Positions 31,417 to 46,379 of a stretch of DNA of 64,000 nucleotides are shown here, piece after piece. The DNA comes from the human T2T-CHM13v2.0 reference genome, Homo sapiens. The position numbers and the translations under genes were made by a program. Numbering within the stretch: position 1 is the stretch's first letter; each line of letters starts with the position of its first letter. The notes under the pieces were generated by a model. That model was not told where the DNA came from. It ran no database searches and saw only the letters and a list, made by a program, of their open reading frames with translations. The stretch is from the NCBI RefSeq assembly GCF_009914755.1, contig NC_060948.1; one strand, written 5' to 3'.

Positions 31417-31724
31417 GGCCAGGTGTCGTGGTGCACACCTGTAATCCCAACATTTTGGAAGGCCAAGGTGGGAGGACAACATAAGCCCAGGAGTTTGAGA
31501 CCAGCCTAGGCAACACAGTGAGACTCCATCTCTACAAAAAATAAAAAGAATTAGCTGAGCATGGTGGCACACATCTATCGTCTCAGCTACTTGGGAGGCT
31601 GATCACTTGAGCCTAGGAGGTAGAGGCTGCAGTGACCCGTGATCACACTATGGACTCCAGCCTGAGTAACAGAGCAAGATCCTGTCTGCAAAAACCAAAA
31701 CCAAAACCAAAACCAAAAAAAAAA
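31417..31724 (+). mobile_element. AluJ
   Basis: Diverged dimer with internal deletion, (AAAACC)n tail. Confidence 0.88.
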
Positions 31725-31960
31725 GGTATATGGACACTAGGATAGAGAAGGTCTTTCTTCCTCTGAAGCCTATGCAAAGAAGGCAGCAGGGATCTGATAA
31801 GTTTCAGCTTCCTAGATTTAGCTATGCCTGAAGCTAGGCCAGGCTAAATATGCAGATTTTCTAGCTACATAAGCCTATATGCTTGAGCTATAAGAAGTTA
31901 AGTTTCTGTCACACTGAGTCTTTGAAAGTTTTCATTCCCTTGTTTGGTTGAATACTACTC

Positions 31961-33324
31961 TTTTTTTAAAAAACAAACACTTTTATTTTAGGTTCTGGAG
32001 TACATGTGAAGGTTTGTTATATAGGTAAACTTGTGTCACAGGGGTTTGTTGCATAGATTAATCACCCATGTATTATGCCTAGTACCCAATAGTGATCTTT
32101 TCTGCTCCTCTCCCTCCTCCTACCCTCCACCCTGAAGTAGACCCCAGTGTCTGTTGTTTCCTTCTTTGTGTTCATAAGTTCTCATCACTTAGCTTCCATT
32201 TATAAGTGACAACATGTGGTATTTGGTTTTCTGTTCCTGCATTAGTTTGCTAAGGATAATGGCTTCCAGATCCATCCTTGTTCCCACAAAAGACATGATC
32301 TCACTCTTTTTTATGGCTGCATAGTATTCTAAGGTGTATATGTACCATATTTTCTTTATCCAGTCTGTCACTGATGGGCATTTAGGTTGACTCTATGTCT
32401 TTGCTATTGTGAATAGTGCTACAATGAACATTCACATGCATGTGTCTTTAGGGTAGAATGATTTATATTCCTTTGAGTATATACCCAGCACATAGACCAA
32501 TGGAATAGAATAGAGAGCCCTGAAATAAGGTTGCACACCTACAACCATCTGATCTTTGACAAAGCTGACAAAAACAAGCAATGGGGAAAAGACTTCCTAT
32601 TCAGTAAATGGTGCTGGGATAACTGTCTAGCCATATGCAAAAGACTGAAGCTAGCCACCTTCCTTGCACCATATACAAAAATCAACTCAGGATGGATTAA
32701 AGACTTAAATGTAAACCCCAAACTATAAAAACCCTGGAGACAACCTAGGCAATACCATCCTGGACATAGAAATGGGCAAAGATTTCATGACAAGGACACC
32801 AAACGCAATCGCAAAAAAAGCAAAAACTGACTAGTAGGATCTAATTGAACTTACGGGCTTCTGCACAGCAAAAGAAACTATCAACAGAGTACAGACAACC
32901 TACAGAATAGGAGAAAATATTTGCAAACTATGCATCTGACAAAGGTCTAATATCTAGCATCTATAAGAAACTTAAATTTACAAGAGAAAAACAAAACCCA
33001 ATTAAAAATGGGCAAAGGACAGGAACAGAGACTTTTCAAAAGAAGACATACATGCAGTCAACAAGCATATGAAAAAAAAGCTCAATATCGCTGATCATTA
33101 GAGAAATGCAAATCAAAACCACAATGAGATACCATCTCACACCAGTCAGAATGGCTATTAGTAAAAAGCAAAAAAAAAAAAAAAACAAAAAAACAAAACA
33201 AAACAAAACAAAAACCAGATGCTGGCAAGGTTGCAGAAAAAAGGAAATGCTTATACACTATTGGTGGGAGTATTCACTGTGTAAAGCAGTGCTGGCAATT
33301 CCTCAAAGAGCTAAAAGCAGAACT
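31961..33324 (-). mobile_element. Older L1PA (about PA13-16) with 5' inversion
   Basis: Antisense 3' end 31961-32488 joined to sense ORF2 piece 32489-33324; ORFs 32189-32371(-) and 32531-32728(+) both translate to ORF2p. Confidence 0.9.
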
Positions 33325-33938
33325 CTCCTTTCCAGGCTCTTTTCCTTCTTCTCTGACCATTTCCCTGCAGATCTCTTCCATAGGTACCTCTCCCCTTCTG
33401 CCATCTCAAACAGTGGTGTGCCCTGGCTCTGTTCTAAACTGTGTACTCTTTTCATAGCAGTGGCCCTCCTTAGCACCCCACAATCATTCTGATAATTGGC
33501 CTTCCCTGGGGAACATGTTCCTTTTGCTTGCCCTTGCTTCAGAATCATTGAGACATTGAACCACAGTTACACAGTGAGTACCTCATATCCATCAGAATGC
33601 TGGGGAAGAAAAGAAGTTGGGAATCACTGTTCTAAAAGTTAATCTTGGGAAATGTATTTTTCATAGCTTAAAACTATTATCAGCAACCTGATACCTTCCA
33701 ACTCTTTATCTCTAGCCCTGGAACTTCCCTATACTTCATACCCATGTATCTAATTGCCTATAGGACATTTACTTTCTTATGTCTGATAGGTACCTTGAAC
33801 TCAGCATGTCCAAAAGCAAAATCATTATCTTCATCCCCAAACATATTCTTCCTCCTGAATTCTCAATCCTATTAATGGCATATTATCTATGCAGTCATCA
33901 TAATAAAAAATGAATATCATGCATTGCATTGTTCTCTA

Positions 33939-34347
<409 letters not shown>

Positions 34348-35745
34348 TTAAAGATAAATTCACAGTGCTAGGGGAAACCTAGTCTGGTCCAGGGAGGGGG
34401 TCAAAGGAAGGCTTCTTAGGGGAGGTGGTGCTTAACCTAAAACATGAATATGTTTTTAAAAAGTGGAGTAGGCAGAGGAAGAGGCAGTAAAGTAAGAGGA
34501 AGAGAATTCTAAAGAATGAAAATAACATGTATGAAAGCTCAAAGATGGGAGGAGGGGAGACTGATGAAATACTACCATATGAGCTGCCTTTATTTATTTA
34601 AAAATTTACCAAATGTAGGCACTGTGCTAAACCCTTTATATACATTATTACTGCTGTTCCTTATATCAAGCCTATAAAACAAGGATAATAGTCTCATTTT
34701 TACAGATTAAAGAACTTTCAGAGCTCAGAGAGGTTAAATTACTTTTCCAAGACCACCCAGCTAATAAGAGACGCAACAAGCTTTGAACCTAGGTCTTCTG
34801 GCTCCAAAGCCAATTCCATGCATCTTCCCAAATACCTTGGGACTGATCTTTATGCTTTTATCATCCACATCTAGTAAAACATCAAATTCTGCTGAGTTTT
34901 CATATTTCTTACCTTGTTCCATTCTCTCCATACCTACCATTAGAAACTCAGCACATTATCTTTCACCTGGACCCTAGGCTCTAATTGCTTTCTAGGTATA
35001 AAGGGGTATGTGTGTATGTATCACAATAAGTCAGATCGGCATGATCTCACTTTCACAACAAGAGATTCAACAAGTGTCTGTATATGTATCACGGAAGAAA
35101 TATTCCTGCTCTTTTCTAAGGCTAGCCCTGGAATATCCTAGAGCCTAGTCAAGTGACTTCTTTTCTGCTTTAATTATGCTTTTTGGTGATCTCACCCAGT
35201 CTTCTGACTCAAAATATCAGCACTAAAGCAATGACTTCTACATCTGTATTTCTCCAGCTTTAATGTCTCCCATAAAGTCCAAATTCCTAGTTGACAATTG
35301 TCTACTTGACATCTCAACTTGGATGTCTAATAGAAATATCCCTCGCCCTATTAAAATGTGAGTATTGCAGTAGGCAGAGGCAAGAGAATTGCTTGAATTT
35401 GGGAGGTAGATGTTGCAGTGAGCCAAGATCATGCCATTGCACTCCAGCCTGGCCAACAAGAGTGAAACTCCATCTCAAAAAAAAAAAAATTGTGGTATAT
35501 ATACATCATGGAATACTACTCAACCATAAAAAGGAATGAAATAATGACATTCATAGCAAATTGGATGGAGTTGGAGCCCATTATTCTAAGTGTAATAACT
35601 CAAGAATGGAAAACCAAATACCGTATGTTCTCACTTGTAAGTGGGAGCTAAGCTATGAAAAAGCAAAGGCATAAGAATGATATAATGGACTTTGGGGACT
35701 CAGGGGGAAGGATGGGATGGGGATGAGGGATAAAAGACTACATAT

Positions 35746-36044
<299 letters not shown>

Positions 36045-36179
36045 CTAGTGGGTACAGTGTACACTGCTTGCGTGATGAGTGCACCAAAATCTCTCAGAAA
36101 TCGCCACCAAAGAATTTATTCACGTAACCAAAAACCACTTGTTCCCCAAAATTATTGAAATAAACTTTAAAAGATTCTG

Positions 36180-36390
36180 CTAATATATAAAGTATACATT
36201 ATATATTATATTGATATAATTGTTATATTTATATTAATAAAGTATATTATAAATTATTGTAGAAATTTGGATATAATTTATATTGTATTATAAATTAATA
36301 AATATAAATTATATTATAAATTAATAAATAGTATAATATTATATTATATATTATAATATATTAGTATAAATATATTATATAATATATATA
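36180..36390. repeat. AT-rich low-complexity tract
   Basis: Almost pure A/T with TATTATA-type units. Confidence 0.85.
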
Positions 36391-38140
36391 CTTGCCTGAA
36401 TAAAACTTGTATTGGATAACTCCAATATCTACAATACATATCAAAAATAAATAAATAAATAAAATGTGAGTATTATGAAGTCAGGAATTTTGTCTACCTT
36501 GTATATTTTTGCATCCCTAATGCATAGTGCCTGACACATAGTGGCTCATCAATAAATATATGTTGACTGAATAAACACATGCTGCATGAGAGCAAAAGAC
36601 ATCCCAAATGGGACTCGATTGTCCTAGAGGGTCTTTGAGAATTTGGTACTCTAGGTTAAATGTGTATTTCGGGAGGACAGAAAGGAGTAGTGGTTGGCTC
36701 TAAGCTCCTTTAGTGTGCTACAGTTAATCCTACTCTTTAATGATTGACCTACCTGGGATGTTAGCAATCCCTAAACATTATACCTCTAGGAACACTATCC
36801 ATCAGACTTGCCTGTTAAGAATCACTTTGGAAGACCTTTACAATATAGATTTTCAGGACTTCCACCTGCTACCACCATGTCACCTCCGTATCCAGAATCT
36901 CAAGGGGAGAGGTCTAAAAATCTACATTGTAAACAAATAACCCCAGTGATTGCTATTGACAAGTTTGAAGGAGACTACTATAGAAGCTTTACCCATTAGG
37001 TTATTATAGTTGAAAATGGCTCAGCTTGCTCGATATCAGTATCTACACACGCCCTTAGCTCTAAGTCAAGAACTCCAGAAATGATACATAAACTGCCCAA
37101 ATAATATTTCGTTAGTTTTAGTCCAAAGTACTAGAGGTCACCAGTGATCTAAGAGAAGCCTTCTCATACAACATGTCATATATGGAGTTTTCTAAATGTA
37201 TATATTCTATGAAGGCACATCTGTGTGAACATTTATTCTCAAGAAAGGATCTGATTTTGTTTATTTGGCACAAAATTAATTATGCCATCCCATGCTCAAT
37301 TCCCACACCTTATATGAGTCTTTACTGTGACATATTAATGTCAGTTTTCATCACTTTTTTCCTTAAAATTGTTGAAGAATCAGGATTTCAGCTTCTCTTT
37401 CCCCAAATCCATCCCTCCTAACTATCATTTCAAGCAAGCACAGGGTCATCACTTTGAAGATTTCTGTCATCCCCTCCACAAATCCCCAAAATGTTTTTCC
37501 TGCACATATTCAGTAGACTAAGCGCTGACAAGGCAAAAAGACTAGTAAATTCCATAATCTACTCCTAATTAAGGAATTCAAATGACAACAAACAATTAAA
37601 GTGAATGACAGCAACTAACAGTCTTCTGACAGGCACTGTTACAAGAACCTGTGAGCCTTAAAGGCAAACTTACTTATGGTCATAGTCTACAAAAGCTGAA
37701 TTTCAAGTATTAAGTGATTACATATTCCCAATTATAATCTTAGCTAACCTCAAAGACTGGTCCTTGGGAAGTAAAAAGGAATAGGATCAGATGAGAAAAA
37801 CAGATAGGGACATGCTAGGAGAACCATTTCAGGCTTTCTCCTCAAAAGGTAATGAACTAAAACATAACAGAGAGACTATATTTAAAATGACATGGAAGCA
37901 ACTCCCCCTCTCTCCTTCACTTTCTCATTCAGGAAGTTTTACAGTTTGCTTCATTAATGCTGCCCCAAACAACATTTATCCCTCTAAACACATGATGTTC
38001 CCCAACAAACTGTTGCTGATAACAAAGAATCAGGGGAATTGGCACAATGCTGAGTTATCAGAGAAGTGCTTGGATGAGAGAAAATGACATTTGGAGTTAT
38101 GTTGACATTAGCAAATACCTTCTGTATCAGTAACCTAGAG

Positions 38141-38365
38141 CAGAGGCCAGCAAACTGCAGCGTGGCCTGCAGACCAAATCCAGTCCACCGGCCTGCTTTT
38201 GTAAATAAAGTTTTATTGGAACATAGTCACTCCCATTTAGTTACATATTGTCTATGGCTGCTTTCCCATTACAACAGTGGAGTTCAGTCATTGCAACAGA
38301 TTACGTGGCCAGCAAAGTGGAAAATATTTACTATCAGGCCCTTTTCATAAAAAGTTTGCTGACCT
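38141..38365. mobile_element. MER58A (hAT-Charlie MITE)
   Basis: cag...gcaaact / agtttgctgacc termini; tttgtaaataaagttttattggaaca core. Confidence 0.85.
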
Positions 38366-41300
38366 ACAGCATCACATGCCAAAAATGAAGTGAGGCTGCT
38401 ACCACTGTCCCACCCCCAACATGTTCTGCTGGAGAACAGGTGTAAACATCTGCTTCCCCTATCAGCCTCAGAAAGGCAGAGTGTTGACTCTTCACAACAG
38501 CCAGCAAGTAGTAGCTATACCAGACATTTGGAGAAATGAGAAATACAGCATTCAGTCACCATAAACAGCCCCATGTTTCACCCATTTGGCATATCACTTT
38601 TGAAAGTCCTCCAACTCCTAAAATGCCATCTTAAAGTATACAATGTTTTATTTGGTGATATAATACTCAAACATGTTGTTTGCCTCTTAAAATGCTTCTG
38701 TTTCCTGAAAAAAATTTTCAGAAACATAGCAAGAGCTATAAGCTCCAAGACCATAAGTACTTGTATTATGTATTATGCTAGGTATTAATTTGCCAATGGA
38801 TTTTTAAAACTTCCCTGCTTTCCTCTTGGTAGCCAATAATACTGACATAGTTTAAGGTGTAAGAGTGCAGGTTGTAATAAAACATTGTTAAAAATTTAAA
38901 CTATAAAAAAGTTAAGAGTTTCTTAAAAGTACATATTCTATGAAGACACAACTGTGTGAACATTTATGTACCTTAAAGGATCATACTAGGTTACAAAACT
39001 ATGGTTTCTCTATGAAGAGATTTATGTCACTAAATGGCTGCTATCTGCTTTACTGAAGACTGAGACAGTATGGAGAAAAATTAAAATTGGGAGGTAGTGG
39101 CCATTCATCTTTACATTTTTACAAGCTTTATACAGGAAGCTTTACAGCTTGTGATAGGTAGTCCAACTATCCTACCTTTGAGATTCTACCAAAATAACAC
39201 TTCTAAAGGTAACGTCTATTAGTACCTTAAGCTCAACATTCCTGCTGGGGCAAACCTATAAACATTCCATTTGCTGAAAAAGGACTTCAAATCCCACATC
39301 AAGCTTTCTACCTCAATCTTGGGGCTAGAACTCTAACATTAGCTAAGCCTAAGCCATAGGTTAAGGCTCTCCAGCCATGCTATCAACAGGATAAATGAAT
39401 ACTTCTATAACCGAGGTAACTCTTAGACTCCAACTGAAAGAGAAACAATTATTCCTGGGGCTCTCTATGATCAAAGCCATCATAGGACTACTTTGATAAA
39501 AGAGTTGAACCTAAGTGCTTTGAAGACAACCTTATAAAACTGTCATCATAGTAATGATGGTGTCCCAGGAATGCTCAAGTTGACAATGATCCTTTTCTAA
39601 AGAATGTCATTAGTTGGTTTTGAATATGTTTTTTAAAAAGAAAAACTTTGGAAAAATACCAGTAGGAAATTCACTAGAATGTTAATAATTTCTTCTGAAA
39701 AGTATGGTTATGGATGGTTATGGACAATTTTTCTTAGCTTTCATAGCTGAAACAATCCCTTTTCATAACAAATATTTTCAACACCTCCTTACTATCCTGA
39801 AATAAAAATCACTGATATAAAACTTACATAAAATCATTTAAAAAAATAACATAATATGAAGAAGAAATAAGAGCAAAGCACTTTATAATAAAATATGTAT
39901 TTTAATGTGTTAATGCTTGGGCCAGTAAACTAGAAGGCATAAAGAAGCAGTCAGAGATTTGGATGCATCATATAATTATCATGGAGGCGGAGGTTAAATG
40001 CAGATCTATAGAACGTGTGGCATGATGTACTCATTATGTAAGTGGCATTGCTGTCAGGGATAAATAAAACTAAGAGCAGTTTCTCCTCATTTACATGGTG
40101 GTTGAATTTTTAGAACTGTCTTCCTCCCCACTGCCCCTCAAAAATGAGCTTAAACATAAAATCAAGTTTGTTTTTAGACTCAGATAACTGATAGGTTTTC
40201 ATCTATGACTGTCAAGGGAGACAGTCAAAAGTCAAGCAAGCTTCAGGATACTTGTTTGATATGGGGCATTTTAGGATATCTAGCATCTCTCACCCTTTCC
40301 ATTTAATGCATGCAGAACATCCCCCATCGCTGTATTCCCTGAAAGTAGCCCTATGAATTTTTACAACTTCCTCTAGCAATTCTCCTGCTGCTTTTGAGAG
40401 CTACTGCTTTATATTTTTCTATACTTCATGAATTTTCTTTAATGAAATTTACTATCTTTTATAAACTTTTTTTTAAAAAAAGCTCTGGCAGAGTTTTAAG
40501 CTCATCTGTGTTCCTATAATAAAAAGACATAAGGTCACAAGTCACTAACACAAACTAATATCTTGAAAGCAATTGGAGGCAGAAGAAATCAAAAAAAGAA
40601 AAGGTCAAGAAGTTAAGTATACTATCCTTAGTAGCTGGATAAACCTTTCACATCTTTGGATGAGATGCATGAGAGAAGTCCAAACAGATACCTCAAAGAA
40701 CAATTTATTCTATCTTAAAAAAGATTTATGATTAAAGCAGAATTCACTGATGTAAAGGGACACTAGTTCCAAAAAATTACAAGGTCTCAAAGGAATACAT
40801 GTGAGCTTTGATTACGGAGATTTCCTGGGCAACAGCACGACCTAAAATTAATAGAGTCCATAAAAGGAAGATGCCAAAAGAAACTTTGTGCTTAAGATGG
40901 TTTATACAGCTTGGGCTACAGCAAGACACAACCCATATATAGAAAATCACAGCATCTGCAGTATTTTAAGAAACTATAGTTGCAAAGCAAGAGCAAATGT
41001 ACAGTGAGAGGAAAGATCCTTCAAGGCCAGTGTGGAGTCAACCACTAGAGAAGATTCTTCAGTGCATGCTGGATAACAGGCAGCTTCTCACATACTGAGT
41101 TGGTTGGCTGCCATTTCTCAATCTCTATCTTTTTCCCTGGGACTGCGCATTGTCATCAATTGCAGAAATCCAGGACAGCTTGCTTTTCTACATGTGGAAT
41201 GCCTGCCAATTCCCAGAAGCTGGCTACCGCAAGACGGTTTATTAACAGCAAAGGCTGTTAACAGCCATTGCTTATCAAGTTTACCCTTACTTTTATATCC

Positions 41301-42857
41301 TTATGAACATTATCATGTTATCAAATTTCTCAGACTTTTCAAAACCCTTTCATTCTGGGGACGAGCTATCTTTTCCTTTTTTTAAAAAAAAATCTGCCTA
41401 AAGATTAAACAGGTTAAGAGGAGAAAAATCTATATTTTATTATCTCTCTAAGTCTGTTAAAAGCAACAGAGGCTTGCTTAAAAAATAGATTTTGGTTGTT
41501 ATGTAATATACTGCAAAAAATATTACTTTACTACATAAATAACTATTAGATAGCTCATGTACCATGTCTTTAAACTTAGTCAAACTGTTGTTCTAACTCC
41601 ACAGTGCAATCTTGTCTGGGAAATACCTTACCATATTAAGCAATCGAGCCCCAGAGAGAGAGGAAAACGAATCAGACTTAGGATTTTACCTAAAAGGAGA
41701 ATGGCAAAAATACTGACTGGTGGTGGAGAGTGGACAGAAATTTGCTGGATACCCTCCAGCAGATAAAGTGGTTTCACAAGATTAAGTAACAATATTAAAA
41801 AATTCTGCTCGAGCGAAAGGATCCAGCAAATAGCCAGAAGCAATGCTGTGAAAAATTGGAGAAAAAGGGCTGCTATTTACTCAAAGGAAGAAGGTGGGAA
41901 AAAATAGTAAAGATCTCTGAAACTAGGACTGTTGGAAGCACTGGCAAAGAAGCATAAATGGAATGGGTTATTTAGGCATAAAAATGAAAGCCTGCTTGCT
42001 TGACAGAGAAGTTGCAGGGACTTGACTTGATCAGATGCTCAACAGGTTCCAAACACAATTTGAAACATTTAGTTCTTGTTCCTTTCCTTTCTACTCATTT
42101 CTTTCCCCCTACTTCAGCAATCTCCTTTAAAACTTATTCCTCAAAATTCTTCAGTTATGTGTCAGAACACATGTTGGAGTTATAGAGGATGTGGGGCTAC
42201 TTCTGTGACTCTCCAAATAATCCATTCTTTAAGGATAAATTAATAACTTCAAAATCACATGATCCTAAGGCCAATAAAAGTATTCCGAAAGCCTTACTCT
42301 CATCCAGATGTAGGAACTTATAAATTTGGAAAATAATTTAAATGGATTGTAATCATCTCTGTTTAAATGTATTAGCTCATTTTCATTTCACAATTCTAAG
42401 AGGTAGACTATTATTATCCCTACTTTACAGATGAGGAAACTGAGGCATAGAAAGGTTAAATAACCTATCCAAAGTAGTTAAATGGTTAAGCTGGGGTTAA
42501 ATGCAGGGAGTCTACCTCCTGGGTGTGTCCTCTTAACTATTATGCTGTATTATTTGTCATAACATTATGTGATATAAGAGATATAACAGATATAAAGATA
42601 CAAATTTGGAAGGTAGTGCAACAGCTGTGCACTAGGACTACAACTATGTGACACTAGCAAGGTACTTAATCTCCTGGGCCTCAGCTGTTAACTTTAAAAT
42701 GACAGTGTTAACTAGGTGGCCTTTAAAGTATTTTTTAGCTTTAAATTTAGTCTATAACTGTCATTCTAGCCACCCCAGAGAAATCAAATTTTAATATACA
42801 GTAACACATTTTAGGTGTTGTTTTATTTCTAATAAAAGTTTTTCCAAGAGTCTTCTT

Positions 42858-43143
42858 TTTTTTGGGGGGATAGGGTCTTGCTCTGTTGCCCAGGCTGATG
42901 TGCAGTGGTGCGATCTTGGCTCACTGCAACCTCCGCCTCCCGGGTTCAAGTGATTCTCATGCCTCAGCCTCCTGAGTAGCTGGGATTACAGGTGGGTGCC
43001 ATCACACCCAGCTAATTTTGTATTTTTAGTAGAGATGGGGTTTCACTGTTGACCAGGCTGGTCTCGACCTCCTGACTTCAAGGTCCATCTGCCTCGGCCT
43101 CCTAAAGTGCTAGGATTACAGGTGTGAGCCACCATGGCTGGCC
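42858..43143 (-). mobile_element. AluS
   Basis: TSD ccaagagtcttctt at 42844-42857 and 43144-43157. Confidence 0.94.
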
Positions 43144-43599
43144 CCAAGAGTCTTCTTAACTGAAATTGAAGTGACAGTTATTCAAAGATGTAATAGAGCT
43201 GAAGAAAATTTGGCAAAGGAGACCAAGAGGTAAGTTAACAGATCATTTGCAGACATAGTAATTAATAGAATCCCTCTGATGTAGTAAGAAGAGTCTTATG
43301 ACATCCCTGGACTCCAAAGGCCTCTAGACAAGTTTGCAGAAAGGAAGAAATTTCTAGTTCAAAAGACACCAGAAGATGCCCTGTAATGTCCAGCTCTCCT
43401 ATACCATTGCACGGCCCATTTATAAACAGACTGAGCAGATTTCATGGGAAATAGCCCTTGAAAAAAAAAAAAAGGTAAAATAAGAACAATGATAAAACTG
43501 CCTATTGTTTCATGTGTTTTGTTTGATTTCGTTTTGGAAAAAGGGGGAAACTGCATCCATATTCTCAGGGTCAGGTACCAGGATTGCTCAGTTTCCTTT

Positions 43600-44757
43600 C
43601 TGATTCTTCCCCTTCTCCTCACTTTGAATTTCGGAGTGCTCCAGGGCTCTTTCGGCCTCTTCTCTGTCTACATTCATTCTCTTCGTGGTCACATTCAATC
43701 TCATGGTTTTAAAATACAATCTTTAGGTTTACTGATATCCAATTTGTAGTTCCATCCTGGCCCTTAAACCTGAATTGCAGATTCCTATATCTAACTGTCC
43801 TCTTGACATTTCCATGTGGAAATATGTCAATTAGACCTATTAGATTTAACAATTCTAAAACCAAAACCAAATGTCTACTTTTCCCCCACCAAATGTATTA
43901 TGTATTCTTCTTGTAGTATTCTCCATCTCAATTAATAAAATTCCATGCTTTTAGTTGCCTTAGCTAAAACGTCTTAGTGTCAACCTTGACCTTCTGTTTT
44001 CTCACCTGATATCCAAGAAAACAGCAAATCTCATTGGTTCTAACTTCAATATATATCCTGAATATGACAACTTCTCAGCATCTTTACTGCTTGCTATTAT
44101 CCTGGTACAAACCACCGTCAGTTTTCTCCTGGATTACTGTATTATAATGGCCTCCTAACTGATGTCCCTGCTTCCACTAACGTCCTCCCAGAGTACATTC
44201 TCCAAAATAGCAGGCAGTAATCCTTTAAAACATAAGTATAATCATGTCACTCTTCTGCTCAAAACTACAAAAGCCAAAGTTCTTATAACTTATCAGTCTA
44301 TGCCATTTGGCCTTCTTGCACATTCCACTCTAGCCACACTGGTTTTTTTTTAATCTGTTCTCAAGCATGCCAGATACCTATCTTAGGGTCTTTGCAATTG
44401 CAATTCCCTCTGCCCATAACACTCTACCCTACATGTCCACATAGTTTCCCACCTTGCTTCCTTTAAGACTAGGCTTAAATCATATTTTCTCAGTAAGGCC
44501 AATCCTGACCACCCTACTTATAATGTCAACCTCCTTCCATGTTGGCACTTCTGATTCCTCCTTAGCCTACTCTATATGGTTTTTCCATAGCACGTATCAC
44601 CTTTTAACATAGTATTTACTTTACATATTTATGTTGTCTGTCTCCCCCACTAGAATGTAAATTCCATAAGAGCAGGGCTGTTTGTTCATTGTTGCATCCC
44701 CAGAATCTAGAAAAGTGCTTGATCATAATCGGCGCTTAAAAGCACTTGTTGAATTAA
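43600..44757 (+). mobile_element. L2 3' remnant
   Basis: L2 motifs ending ctagaatgtaaattccataagagcaggg...ttgttgaat. Confidence 0.75.
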
Positions 44758-46379
44758 GATGCTTACAAAAGTGAAGGCAGGACAAAATGGAAAATGCATT
44801 TAGTGGCTTTTGGTATATTTCTATTTATTTCTATGGCATTAATTTTCTGTTAAAGTTCAAAACTCAGCTCTGCTAGCAAATTCCAATTGTGTTCTTTCAT
44901 TTAGTTTGAAAACTTTGCATTTAATAGCTTGACTCTTTTAGAAGACTTTTACCAACAGATCTCTCCACGAGCATACCCCCAGTTATCTAAGGCAGGTACC
45001 TTGATATCTATAATTTAGTAACTCTTTAACACTATCTCCTTTACCAATGAGTTCTGAGGGATGATTAGTAATCCAGACCTACTGATTGCATTCTGGATGG
45101 GGACAGCTATATTGCTAACTTTGAGGGTAAGGTTTCAGTAATTTTGTTCAGATTGAGTGCCACCTGATTTATCTAAAAGCAACAGAGATTCTAGGGGAAA
45201 AGAAAAGTATGAAAAGTCTTACTTCCTGACATACATAACTACCCACCTATGTCAAGGATAGCAGAAGAATGCTGATGCTCTACCCACTGAATCCTGATAC
45301 TCTGAGTAGGCTTTTAAGTTGTCCTTCAAGAAGACGTTCCTTCACTCAAGGAGGTGAGATGCTACTAGCAAGTCAATTCGAACATGTAGCCTGCTGAGTA
45401 AAAAAACCAAATGGATGAATAGGGAATAGAAAAGGATGTAAGTCCTAATTTCAGTTTTGCTTCACTACAGTCAAACAAAGAGGTTCCCTGAAAAAAGGTA
45501 CAGGTTGCTCACCTAGCAGAGATGTCATGCCCAAATAATTCTTAATTTCTCTGAGCCTCAGTCTTCTTAACCATAAAATTGGTTCCTAATCCAAGATATC
45601 TCTAGATCCTCTTCCAATCCTATGATACCAAAAGTTGGGAGGCAAGTACCTTTACTACATTGAACCGGGTCCTTCAACAATTCCTTAAAAACAAAAGCAA
45701 TTTGTCTTCTGCTCAGCTTCTTTAGTGCACCATTCTGCCTGTTCACCAACATCTTTTCTGTTGACCACTTGTGCCCTCTAGTGATAAATTCAATTATACA
45801 ACAGGATTGGCTTGGAAAACAGCTCCAGAGCAAACAGGGAAAACCGTAAGAAAGCAACAGATAAAACTCAATGTAAAGAAAATGGAATCCAGGTCAAAGA
45901 TGCAGGTAAAAAAAGATGGAAATAATCCAAAAGGTCATTATCTTCTGTGGCATACCTATGCTTGTTCCCTCCAGGGCAAACATTCTATGTGATTACTACT
46001 ATAGTAAAGAAAACAGCAAACACACTGCTGAATATAAAAGCATTTTCAGATATAATTAGAATAACCCTATTCCTCAAATTAAGATGCAGATTATTTTTCA
46101 TTTAGAAAGACAAGGGATCTATTAAGATTCTCAGAGACTGTCATATACCTAATGTGGATAAACAAAACAGAATTGTTTTTAAACACATCTGTCAAGGAGA
46201 TGCTAAGATGTCAATTTTATATATTAATTGCTAGTTTCACTGGTTCATGGATTTACCAGTGGAGATGGGTTCAGACTAAAACTATGCACTGTGTTGGGCT
46301 TAAGTAGGGTCCCCAGCCTTCTAAGCATGTTCCTTGCTGTTCCCAGCATAGCAATGCATGACTAGTCTATCACATACTC

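Noticed and set aside
31340-31920. Possible MLT1-type LTR; also a possible hAT remnant near 39750-40410
   Set aside because: Too degenerate to assign or bound without an alignment.
45782-45905. Possible plus-strand exon (polypyrimidine-TAG ... CAG|GTAAAA)
   Set aside because: No recognisable homology or partner exons; such splice-like motifs arise by chance.
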